Assembly (NCBI GenBank): GCA_000708835.1 | Contig: DF237028.1 | Location: 169,473 to 233,472 of the forward strand | Reading direction: 5' to 3' | Length of the DNA: 64,000 bases | From: Klebsormidium nitens | Taxonomy: Eukaryota; Plantae; Klebsormidiophyceae | In this document: piece after piece, positions 51,001 to 62,135 of the stretch | How the letters are laid out: each line of letters opens with the position of its first letter | How positions within the stretch are numbered: the first letter of the stretch is position 1 | Program-made: the position numbers and the translations under genes | The notes under the pieces: model-generated | The model's database searches: none | What the model saw: only the letters and a program-made list of their open reading frames with translations | What the model was told of the DNA's origin: nothing

Positions 51001-52140
51001 ACGATTCTAGGTATTCGCCTCTCAGAATCCATTGTCGTGGGGGGAATGCTCGATGAAGACAGCATACCCAATCTTCTGAGGTAAGGCGCAGCTCTCTTTC
51101 TATTCCTGATTCCCCTTTCTTTTCGTCTCCGTTCGTTTGACTGCCCCTGATTTCAGATAGTTTGGCACTTGGACCCTCAGCGCTGTCTCAGGCCGCGGAG
51201 ACGACAGCGTACCCGCTATTTTGAGGTGGGGCGCAGCTCTTTACTTTGTTCCTGCATTCCTCCTCTTTCGTCTTGGTTTGTTCGACTGCCTTGATACTGG
51301 GTACTTTCACCTGACACGTCGTTCGCTTTTATTCGGTTCCCTGATTCTACTTACCTTGGATCGGCACTCGGACCGTTATTGCCGTCGGGGGGGCGCTCGA
51401 CGAAGATAGCGTACCCGCTATTCTGAGGTCGGGCGCCTCTCTTTTCCGTTTGTGCTTGCCTGGTTGTTTTGTCTCTGTTTGTACGATTCTCGGTAGTGCG
51501 GCACTTGGATCGTTATGGCCATGGGGGTATTGCTCGACGAGAACATCGTACCCGCTATTCTGAGGTAGGGCGGATCTCTTTTTCTGTTCCTGCTTCCCTT
51601 TCTTTTCGGTTTCGTTCGTTTTATACTGCCCTGATTGTAGATAGTTCGAGACTTCGACGTCAGCGTCGTCGGGGACCGCTCTGCGACGACAGCGACCCCC
51701 CTATTTTGAGGTGGGGCGCACCTCTTACTTTGTTCCTGTTTTCCTCCTCTTCCGTCCTTGTTCGGTCGATTGCTCGGGTAGTAGATACTTCAGCACTTGG
51801 TTTCTCTTTTCTATACCCTTCTCTTTCGTCCTTTTTCGTTTAATTGCCTCAGAATATATGTCGTCTGGCACTCATGATTGTCAATGCCATCAACAGAGTA
51901 CTCGACGAGGACAGGGTCCCCGGATTGCTGAGGTAAGGGGGGGATCGTTTTCCGTTTCTATCTCCCTCCTCTTTCCTCTTCATTCCTTTGGGTGCCCTGA
52001 TTCTGCGATTGCTCGATGAAGACAGCGTCCCCGCTATCCTGAGGTGGGGCGCACTTCCTTGATTTTATTCTCTTTTCCTCCTCTTTCGTCTTTGTTCGTT
52101 TGACTGTCTTGATTCTAGGTACTTCGACACTGGGTGTTGA
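48003..52140 (+). CDS. Plastid-targeted protein, tentatively HHL1-like; 3' end uncertain
   Basis: Exons 48003-48139, 48710-48829, 49222-49291, 49850-49960, 50800-50945 and 52119-52140 are phase-consistent. Transit peptide MAMASVASVLHLSPVAS. Mature part AFQVFARLEKDK...KPIAEILVETGGDVAKALKERRRQLVELARGIIEFANCPETGLQYGFQK resembles, from memory, the HHL1-like pattern (F.VF.R...P...I...L..A...LEYGY). The gene is better supported than the family call. Confidence 0.65.
50890..52130 (+). repeat. Tandem array of 8 units (~110-220 bp, mostly ~140) of exon end + donor + short intron + acceptor
   Basis: Core gacagcgtacccgctattctgag|GT recurs with donors at about 50946, 51081, 51226, 51427, 51566, 51711, 51933 and 52044. 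Each is followed by a pyrimidine tract and gattctaggta-like sequence. Confidence 0.92.
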
Positions 52141-54379
52141 GAAGGTTCCGTAGTACTTGGTCGGCACCTCGTGCCCGTCCTTCGATATGGCAAATGATGC
52201 CACCTGTCATTTGAGTTGCGCATGGCCATGCTGAACTCATAGCCGCTTCGTTCCCTGTTTCCAGGAGTGCGGACACATCGGGCTTGAGGTTGTACTCAGC
52301 AAAAGACGGCTCCTATACCCCACAGCCAATCCCGGCCTTGAAAAGCTGATTGTATCTCCCGTTCCAGAGCAGACATTCTGAAGTTGCTCTTCTAACGATA
52401 CTTCAGATTGGCCGTCAAACCTGCTGAGAGTAAGACCTAAGTCGTGTTTTTGGACTGCTGCATTAATCCACCTACGCACTTGGGTTTGTTAAGGATGTAT
52501 TGCTCCACGAGAAGTCCCTTGTGTTGGGGCACCGAATTGCCCCGCCAAGAGCTAAGGTGAAGCAACCATTATAAGCGCAACGTGCACTTGCCACCGACGC
52601 AAGTAAGGGACGTGATACTTATGCAGGGTAGCAGTGGATGTATGAGTAACATCTGCGACCGATGGTACCATCCTTGTCATGCATGCCATATCTACCACAC
52701 TGGTATACCATGCATGTAAGCCTATGAGTCAGGATTTGCCAATTTGTCAACACAACCAGGATTTGTCCAGGTGTCGGATCCAGCATTGCTCATGCTGGCC
52801 GGCCCGGGCACGACGGTGCGGGCGCCAGCCCCTGTGCACCACCATTTACGGTTGCACATCACTTCAAGCTAGCTGAATATTCATGTAGCCGATTGCGCAT
52901 TCGGCCTCGGGCCACCAAAGATCATGACATGTGTTGAAGCATGCATGCATAGCCGTGCCAACTTACACACTCGGACGAACTTAGGCAGCAGCGGCGCGGC
53001 CATGCCGCCTTCCCAAAATCACTCTAGTGACTACCAAGCTTTAATGCACATGCGCGTGCGGCGCTTAATTTACCTAGCTGATCGGATATGTCAAGTTACT
53101 GTCTATAGACGATTACAATTTTCGAATCGAGTTTATTTGATGCAAAATTTTGCCGCGGGCCACGCGCGGTCGATCGATGATGCGTGCACGGTCCATTGTA
53201 CGTTGGTTGGATATCGCTGGCAAAGTCAATTGCACACGTCCCTAATTGGCGACACCGGCCACTGATATATGCGCGCTTTCGCGGCGGCCCCCGGAGAGCA
53301 CATGCATGTGCTTGCATGAAGGATCGTGCATCTGTACATTGCAGTAGCTAGATACTAATCGACAATTTCATTCCGCAAACATGGACTCACTCCGAGTTGC
53401 TGTGAAGCTGCCGCCATATTAGAGGGCCACACTTCAGTGTGCATGATATAATCGTACAGACCAACACATGATACGTACCGCTTTAAAATCATGCACACAT
53501 GCAGTGCCAGCATGTGTGCTTCAATCGATGTTTTGACGGTTGCAAGTTGCATGGTCAGTTGCCCTGGTACGTACGGTACTGAGACCTAGCCTGGTCATGC
53601 CTGACATATATGAAGGTTCACTTAACCGTGTAGTGATTTCAGCCTGAGCTTTGCGTGCGTTCAGTTCAACTTAGCAAATCACCAGATACTTCATATAGCC
53701 GGTGGCCTATAAGTAATGAATGACTCATAAGAGACGGCCAAGCTAGGAAGTCAGATCATGAGGGGCTCAAGGCGAAACGCTTGGTGCGGCATATGCAATC
53801 TTTGTCCATGTATAATGCTGCCTTTATTCAATTGGTCTTTCTCTTTGTCCACAATGCATTGATCCACCAGCGTTGTCCCTTTGCCCAGAACGTTCTGAGC
53901 TGTTAACCTGGTTCAACCTGCTTGCACTGACGTACCAAACCAGCTCCTGCCGCCAAACTTTCAAACTTGATGGCGACACAGGCTTCTGTCGACAACCCAG
54001 TGGCCAAGCTAAACAATAGCGGTCAGTAAAACCTATGTACATGAATACGCCCTAGCTGCAAGGCATAAAGCGAGCCAGGCACCTTCGCTTATAATTTTTC
54101 GAACCGCTGCCTAAGCGCCCGACCGGGGGCCTCTGAAAGCATGCACGTTCTTTCCTGGTAAGCAGCCAGAATGTTCAACGGAATGTGTCTATACACTATC
54201 TACATGTGCGACCGAGACTGAGGCCCGGGTTGTACCTAGTCTGTTTGGCACGTGGGCTGGCCGAAGAGCGCCAGCAAACATGCAACTGCATTACGGTGTG
54301 GGCGGCAAAAGGCATCCTGCTATGCTGCGAGTCCCCAGCGTCCGCATAACTTTCAATTCTCTGCATTCTGAGGGACCGC

Positions 54380-57300
54380 CTAAAACTCCTCGTAAGGACG
54401 GTAGCTGCTGTTGAACGACCCGCGGCTGCCGCGCCGCGACCCGCGCTTCCCGGGAGTCGGCGAGTGGTACGCCTGGTCGTAACCTGCAGCCGCCATCAAA
54501 TCGTCCATTGACGGGTCGCCAAAGGCTTCCCGGTCTGCGGGCACCTTGCCTGCGAGCAACACGGACGACACGTGGTTCAAAAGATGGGTCCTACAACAAC
54601 CTCAAGACATACGAATCGCTATAAACTTAGGAACGGCGCAAAGAATTTCGGCTTGTCTTGCAACGGCTACCAGGCCTGCTCCGTTTCCCCAGCAGCTTGT
54701 TTGCGCACCACTGTACTTCCGCAATAAGAAACACACAGGGAAGCGTCTATGTCCTGGATCTCCCCCTTTTTGACGGCCCACTCGCAGGCGCTTCCCAGCG
54801 ACTTGTTTGCGCGTCTCCATGAGCGTCGCACAAACAGCCCGCACAGATCTCCGTTAAGCTCACCAATACGGCAACCCACTCATACGTGCCCTTTACAATA
54901 TACTGAAGCACTTAAACATCTAGAAAACTACAAACAAAACACCGGACCCTTGTGAAAGCCCGACCCGCGCGCTCCCCCATTTGACGGCCCACTCGTAGGT
55001 ACTCTCCAGCAGGCTGCCCTAGTCATATCGGCCTTCTGAAAGATCTTACATCTTCTGAAAGATGTCAGAAGATGGATTTATCATTGTTAGATCAGGAACC
55101 AACACGGGCGCTCACCCATTTTGACGGCCCACTCGTAGGTACTCTCCAGCAGGTTGCTCTGCCGGCTGGCCTGGCGCCCGCGCAGCGTGTTCATCATGGT
55201 GGAGCCCTCGGTGGCGCTCGCATAGTCGAACTCGTGGTCCAGCTTGCCGTTGCCCCAGCTGTCGTACGACCGCCGGTCGACCACCACCTCGAACGTCTTG
55301 GCGTCGCGCGTGCGCATCTGTTTGCAGGGAGGGGACGATGCAAAGTGTTACACGTCTCCAAAGCGTCAGAAGGTGGCGAATCGACGCTGAGTCAGATTAC
55401 CGTACCAATTGTCCACTTGGGCAACGTTAAATATTCTTTGACTTGCCCAAACTTTTGTTGGTAAAATGGATATAAAAGGATTTCCAATATCATATTTGCA
55501 GATCATTTTGGCCCTAAGCATATAGGGAAAAATTCGTAATTGAAGCTGCCCAACTTTTATAGGACACAGAATTAAATATTGGGCAAAAATTGCCCAGCCG
55601 GACGATTGGTACGGGTTACTCGGTACACCAGGACCTCAAACATCTTGGCCCATGTGTTCACATAGAGGAAAGACAAAACGGGCAACTTTGCTCGAACTGG
55701 GGTCCCAGACACAAAGCAGCAACTGACGTTGCGTCAGTTTTGATCACGATTATGGACGGAACAAGGGTCCGTGGACCGCCAGGTGACACCCGCAGTTATT
55801 GGAATTTAGGGACTGGGTACATCGGATTAGTTGGGTGGTCCCAAAATGTGTGGGATGACCTGACTTACTAATTCTCCAAATTCCCAGCCTCCCCAGACAA
55901 TCGCCATAAAACAGGAATGATCGATGTTAAGAGGTCGAAATTGAGTACGCACTTTGAAGGCTCAACTTGGAAGCCCTTGCCAACCATGGTCGATTTGCAG
56001 GCCTCCACTGACGACCTTTCCCTGTTGGCATAGCCGTGTGACAGCTGTCATACAGGCGGCTTTACTAAGCGGTAGGGGGCTGCGGGTTTCAAGCAGGCTA
56101 AAGAGCCGCCAACGAAATTAGACAAGTCCGTCTTGAATTCGGGGTTTCAAAAATGGCCGTCTTAAGAGCCATATCTTCTCCTCTTAGATAACAGCCTCAA
56201 AGCCATGTCAGTATCTTCCGCAGCAACGACGGTCCTCACCTCGACGGTGGGTCTCTTGCCGTGCAACAACGCATCCACGCTGCGATCCGTCTGGTGCACG
56301 ACCCAGTTGTTGCGCTCGCGCATCTCCACCACCAGCGGGAACGTGGGCGGACCCTTGCGCTCCAGAACGCTCTTCTGGGTGCCGCGGTTGCGCGCCTCCT
56401 CATCACCTAGTGTCACGCTCTGAATGCCGCCCACCTGAGGAAGAGGGAACGAGTTGTTTTTCGTTGTTGATTCATATGGAGTTGTTTGGAGAGGTGAAGC
56501 GAAGAGGCGGCAGAGGAGCGAGAAAAGAGTGGGTTCGGGTTCGAAAGAGGCGGGACTTGACTTTCTTGTAATGAAACAAAAGAAAGCTGCCAGAGAACGA
56601 CCCGCGACAAAGTGAGACAAGATATTGCAACAGGGGCTGCTTGGCTCGTAGAGAACTGAGCCGCATGGACTTGGATAAGTAACGAAAAAAGAGACTTCTC
56701 TGGGTGCCCCTGATGCAACACGGCTTGCAGAAGCTACAACTGACCACAGAATGCAACACAGGCACGAACCGCAACCAGCAGTATGATACCTCGCATTGGA
56801 ATCAATCCTTTCAACACCGATTACTGAGTCCATCCCACTACTTCAATCAAGTCCACCCTAATCATGCAGTCACCGCCTCCAAAACAAGAATACTGCCCCC
56901 TCACCAAGTCGGACAGCGTCGGGTTCTTGATGAGGTTCTCGAGCATCTGGCCGTGCGCAGTGCCCACTAGCTGCACCCCCCGCTCTGCAATGCTGCGGCA
57001 CGCGAGCGCCTCCGCCTCCGTCCCAATCTCGTCGACGATTACCACTTCCGGCATGTGGTTTTCCACCGCCTCAATCATTACTCGGTGCTGCTGCGACGGG
57101 TCGCGCACCTGCAGACGGGTGGAAATATGAACTCTGACGGACGTCCAAACCAGGGTTGCAAACGGGGGAAGTCGCAAGGACAAGCACGCCTTGTTCGAGA
57201 GTTCGGGGGGGCAGTGAAGGTCGCGGAGTTAGTTGCAAGCGAAGATCTGAAGTGCAAGCCGAGCAAGGATTTAACAGGTCAGAAGCATGCACAAAAGCCA

Positions 57301-60300
57301 TGACTTTGTGGGCGGCTTGATAAAAGGTGCAACAGGCAGGAGTCGAACAGAAGACGCCTTATTGGGCTGCCTCACAGAACTAACAATCAGACAAAACGCT
57401 TTGCAGGGAGGATAAGTGCCATGATTGGGGCTCCAACGAAAGTCCCACAACTCTCCAGGACTTTGCCAATCGCCAGAAACTAAATTCAGACCTCATCTTG
57501 AGAGTCCTCTCACCTGCATCCGCCGTGCCCCGCCGATGGCTGGATGCGGCACGTCCCCATCGCCGCCAATCTCGTTGCTCGTGTCGACGATAACAACACG
57601 CTTGTGGAAGTCGTCTGCCAGCACGCGCGCCATTTCACGGATCACGGTCGTCTTGCCGACTCCCGGTCTTTCATCAAAAAGAGAATTTATCACCCACCAA
57701 CACAGGCGCTAAAAAGGACACCAGGGCCCTTGAATGAAGTTGCAAAGGGACACCAAGCGTGTGAATGGAGATAAGGCTTTTCAAACAGCAGATATCCAAC
57801 CCCATAAAGGAGGTGATAGTCTGTATGCGGGATACAAAGAAGACGCAAAAAAGGACTCAGCATCCGCGCTTTTGACTTAAGGCCAACTTGATTTGAACAT
57901 TTCTGCAACCAGAACTGGGAAGCTATGAGCAAAGCCCTTGTTGCAGAGCGACTGGCGCGCTGACATCATCCAAGCATCGGACCTCCAAGAAGTACTCCAC
58001 AGAGCAGCTTGGTACGACTTTGGCAAGATATTGAGAAGTAAGCCCTCTTGACCTTTTGACCAATAAGGAAACGAGTAAATAAGAGGCGACAGCTGGCGCA
58101 CCTCCCAAGGAACAGGATCCCCTGTTGGCTGCTCAGAATGTCACGGACCATATCAATGTGACCCGTAACTGCTCGCCCCACTCGGCACGTGAGCCCGACA
58201 ACGTCCTCACGCCTGTTCCTGATCGCCGAGATGCGGTGCAGCGTTCCCTCGACGCCTGCGCGGTTGTCGCCTCCAAAATCGCCCACCGCTTCCTGGGCGG
58301 CAATCAGGTCTGCGCGGGTTACCTGAAAAGTGGGGTTAAAGAGAAAGTCAAGGAGGACGTTGCACGGTGTTGTGAAATTGATCTAAGAAGGACGATCAAT
58401 TAATAGGTTGGGGGTTGGTGTCCTGAGCAGGTTGACGTTGCACGGTGTTGTGAAATTGATCTAAGAAGGACAATCAAGGAGTAGGTTGGGGGTTGGTATC
58501 CTGAGCAGGTTTTAGCGAAGGTTTGGAAAGATGGCGAAGGTCAGGAGGATGGGTACTACAACCGCAGGATGGTGAAACGTTTATAGCGAGTATACATTGG
58601 AGTGGAGGCTCGCGATGTTGCTTGAACTGGTTTGAAGCAAAGTTGGCAGGCAGGTTGCAGAAGCATGATGAGCACGCTGAAAGAAAATCGTAAAAGGACA
58701 TGCCAAACCAAATTCGATGTTTGGCAACGCTCCAAAAGGTCAATCTCCGATTACAATGAGAGCCATTGCAAACCAATCAAAGAGATTACAATCTGTCAGA
58801 TGTTGCTCTAATTCCTTCAAAGGCAGACTGTTTGCAACTGGGCGCCTTATTGGTGCCCACAAACTCATGTGCAGAATTCAGAACCTTCTTAACAGTAATA
58901 TCAGACGATGAGACACTGCCTTTCTCCCCAGGAGCGGAGGGTGAATAGGGGGATGACGACTGAAGCAAATAACAAAAGCCTCTGGATCCTCTACAAAACA
59001 TGCGTTTTGACAGAGGACGAAAGCAGATTTGCTGTTTCCTGACTCGTCGTACGTGGGCACACTCATCAGGTTACTCAGTAAGGCACTTTGCAATCGCAGC
59101 TGCGCTCATTAGAAGGATACATGATACCAATCAGCCGCAGATCAAACATCGGCACCCTCGTGAAAGTTTTTGCTCCAGGGGGTCCGCCGTACCTCCTCGT
59201 CCCGCAGATATTCGCCCCCGCCTTGGCCGTTTCCCAGGTCAAGGAAGCGCGCCTCTGGCCGGCGCCCCAGATCAAGGACCACCTCCAAAAGCTCAGCTCG
59301 CCGCCCATGCCGCAACAACTTATTGCGGATGTCGCTGGGTAGCACCTGTAGTGGATAGGGCAAAAAAATTCTGCTTCCTTGATTCTATCTCCTTCATTTT
59401 GTAAAAAACGGCTTGACTTTGTACTTTATGACTGACTCAGCTTCAGTATAAAAAGCACCGTTGGCTTCCCTTTACAGACCAACTTTCATCTGAGGAAAGT
59501 ACGCTCGTCTCGGAAGGATCTTAGATGGAAATCGCAACTGAATTTTCTTCGAGAGAGCGACAAGGTGCTCAGGGTTCACTTAATTTCAACTTTGCTATAG
59601 ATCGACTTAAAAGTAGAAACAAGCTTTCAATTGAACCCCAGTTCATGTACCTTTGACGGAAACAGAAGACCAAGTTCACCATGAACTTGAAATACATGAT
59701 GACCCATCAAAACAGAAGCCTGATCTGTGTCTAATTCTGTGGGCGCCACCTACCTTCAATTCAGATGTGCTTCATTGGATTTTTGATGAAGTGCATTGTG
59801 CAGCATCAACCAAAAGAAAAGCGGATGGGTTCTGTATTTTAACCTAGGATGGACAGGGGCTTGGCTGCTTAGACTTTTGAACCTCTTATTTCTTGCAAGC
59901 GTGAAACACTATTTGAGAAGCACTCTGCATGCGGCACCAACTTGCACGCTCAGATACTAAGCGCATACGAACATCCGCAAAAGGCCACAGCTCCTCAATT
60001 GCAAAATTGATGATTGCACTTGCCAAGAGCAAGGATTCTGAGATCTGGCAATTTGCGCCGAGACCACAAACTGAAAAACCTTCTGGAAATAATCTACCAA
60101 AAACGAACGAGAGCAGGTACACAAACTCCAAAAGCATAGAGTAGCAGGGGCTGTTCAATCACAGCGGCACACATCCAGTCACTTGTTGCACATTTGAACG
60201 AATCGCATTTCGCAAGAAATCCCGTCATCAAACAACTCGTAGAACCCACCTGCAGCAGCATGTCGAGATCGTCCCTGACAATCACCGCACCTCCCTCGAC

Positions 60301-60588
60301 CAGATCTACATCCCTTGCGGGCACCGCGCTATCTTTTTTGGGGGGTGGAGCCACAGCAACCGCCGTAGGCCGGTAATTCCTCGGCTGCTCTCTCTCCAAC
60401 TCAGGCAGAAGGGCTGCGTGACACTTCAGCGGGGGGCTGTCCCTGGTGCAGGAGGGCTCCCGGCATACGCTGCCCCCCTGAAATAGTCCCAGCTCGCGAG
60501 TTTTTCTTCGGAGAGACTTGATTCGCTGCGAAGCTGTTCCCAAAGAGCTGACATTAAATCCGCTGAGTAGAACTGCTGACTGAGCCAT
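54380..60588 (-). CDS. ycf45-like (SpoIIIAA-related) P-loop ATPase with plastid transit peptide
   Basis: Exons 60588-60250, 59345-59193, 58322-58102, 57667-57514, 57108-56905, 56434-56240, 55317-55116 and 54534-54380 are in phase. Motifs [26 protein letters not shown], Walker [37 protein letters not shown] and GTAHG. Confidence 0.92.
54760..55160 (-). repeat. Three copies of the end and donor of ycf45-like exon 7
   Basis: Plus-strand ttgacggcccactcg(t/c)agg at ~55121, ~54981 and ~54770. Only the 55116 copy keeps the GT donor. Confidence 0.85.
55400..55614. mobile_element. Putative 215-bp Tc1/mariner-type MITE in a ycf45-like intron
   Basis: 25-bp TIR CCGTACCAAT(T/C)GTCC(ACT/GGC)TGGGCAA, 21/25 match, with AT-rich interior. 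TA is present on the left flank only. Confidence 0.55.
58356..58511. repeat. Intronic tandem duplication, 2 x 78 bp
   Basis: gacgttgcacggtgttgtgaaattgatctaagaaggac...ggttgggggttggt(g/a)tcctgagcaggtt at 58356 and 58434. Confidence 0.9.
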
Positions 60589-61613
60589 GCTGCAAGTCTT
60601 GTCTCACAATGGCCGTGCCAGCTGGACGATACCTTATAATTGTGTACCTGTTATGATTGCTAAAGAGTAAGCAATTAATGACTACCCGTCAATTGCTTCC
60701 CATGTATATTAAAAGTTGTCGTCCGAGAGGTCCTCCGAAGCAATAAGAGCTTTCTGCGCCTGATATGAGCACATGCAGTTCCCAGATGCAGATCCGGACT
60801 TGCAATGCGAGCACTTTTGTCAGCCACAGTAACTTTTAGCCTCGGTGTCTTTCAGCAGCAACAGTTTAAACTTCAAACTCGGAAAGAGTCCCTCAATTTG
60901 GCTGCACTAAATTAGACAGATAGAAGCGGGATCAAATTCTTCGTCTTCTGGAGAACAATAACAACACGAAAATGTGAAAGAAGAAAAGCGCAGCGCAAAC
61001 CTAAGCTGGATTGAACGACAAACAATGGCCAGGAGCTATTCTTCAGCAAGAGCAGCTTTGAGACGAGACACGGCGCGCTATACAACTACAAGGACCCTCC
61101 TACTGCTGCTTCAAGTTTTCCTGGCGCCATCCCTGTTCAAGTCGACTGCTCCCTCCTGACTCCCGGGCGCCTCCGAGTCAGCAACGTGAGAAGCTGGGCT
61201 GGAATCATGGCGTGGCCGCACTTTATTCCCAGCGGAGATGCGCCGCCTCGCACGTCTGACAGGTGTCCGCATCTGCGGGCCCCACCCCAAGATATCGGCC
61301 GCCAACCTGGCGCTTCGCGATTGGCGAACCTTCCGAAAGCAGGCCTTGCGAGCCCCTGGTTGGTTGGAATCCGCCCACCGGGCCATTCTGAACCGTTTAT
61401 TTCAAGTCGCCACGGCAACGCAATCGCGCGGAAGGCGGTTGGAAGATTCAGTTGGCACGGGTGGGCAGATTCCGTCCAGACGCGGTTCTTTGAGCAGATT
61501 CCGTTCCCCTCGGCGAACTCGGGGACTTGCAGCCCCGGGCACCCTTACGAACCGGGTTTGAGCAAAAGCCTGGATTTAATTGTGGCTTGTCAATATCGGA
61601 TGATGATCGGATG

Positions 61614-62135
61614 CAGTGTTTCCCCTAACTTTTTAGATTGACGGCCGGAGGGCCACCCGGGTCCTTCAGTTAGTGGCCCAACGGGCCACCCGACCATGAC
61701 CATTGGTGGCCCAACTCCACAGCAAATTTAGGATTTTCGACCGCTAGCTTGAACGATCAGACTTGAAAAATTGAGAAGATAATAGAGCGCATATGCCATG
61801 TCTGTCGTAGTGCTATACTTTACTTGTTCTGGACCCCGGGCTAAAGTTTGGTGGGTTACAGAAGGAAAACAGCCCAGCTCGAAAGGGTTTTCCTTCAAAT
61901 ATAGTGTATTATATGCTATTTTGGCAGTCATTTTCAAAAATATTGTGAAGATTTCCAGCGTATACGCCTTTGAAGTTCTAAGACAGGCCAGTTCGGTGCA
62001 TTGATTGATGGCCCACCGGGCTACCTTGGCCCTCCGTATGGTGGCCCGTTGGGCCACCTCCACCCCCCCATTGGTGGCCCGTTTGGACCATTGATGGTCT
62101 TTTTAGCAGGGAGTGGGCCACCGGGGGAAACACTG
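61614..62135. mobile_element. 522-bp non-autonomous hAT element (MITE)
   Basis: 12-bp TIR CAGTGTTTCCCC at both ends and a perfect 8-bp TSD ATCGGATG (61606-61613, 62136-62143). About nine subterminal GGTGGCCC/GGGCCACC motifs; AT-rich centre. Confidence 0.92.

Noticed and set aside
50890-52130. Repeat array superficially like a CRISPR array
   Set aside because: Eukaryotic intron context, divergent repeats, related 'spacers' and no cas genes; explained by splice-junction duplication.
51958-52479. Minus-strand ORFs (VASFAISKDG..., MRRWINAA...) suggesting another gene
   Set aside because: No motif and no consistent exon chain, and they overlap the HHL1-like 3' end and repeat array.
17625-55070. 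Several micro-duplications (17625 gagcaagcttgtga x2; 23990 ctgccctgcttgtatgctgctct x2; 25915 actcgtacagg x2; 55035 ttctgaaagat x2)
   Set aside because: Real but not linked to any feature; they only indicate a background of frequent short tandem duplication.
56162-56833. 223-aa ORF as the ycf45-like terminal exon ending at 56162
   Set aside because: The first ~130 aa are intron read-through. A GTGAG donor at 56239 links in frame to two further exons that match the family C-terminus.
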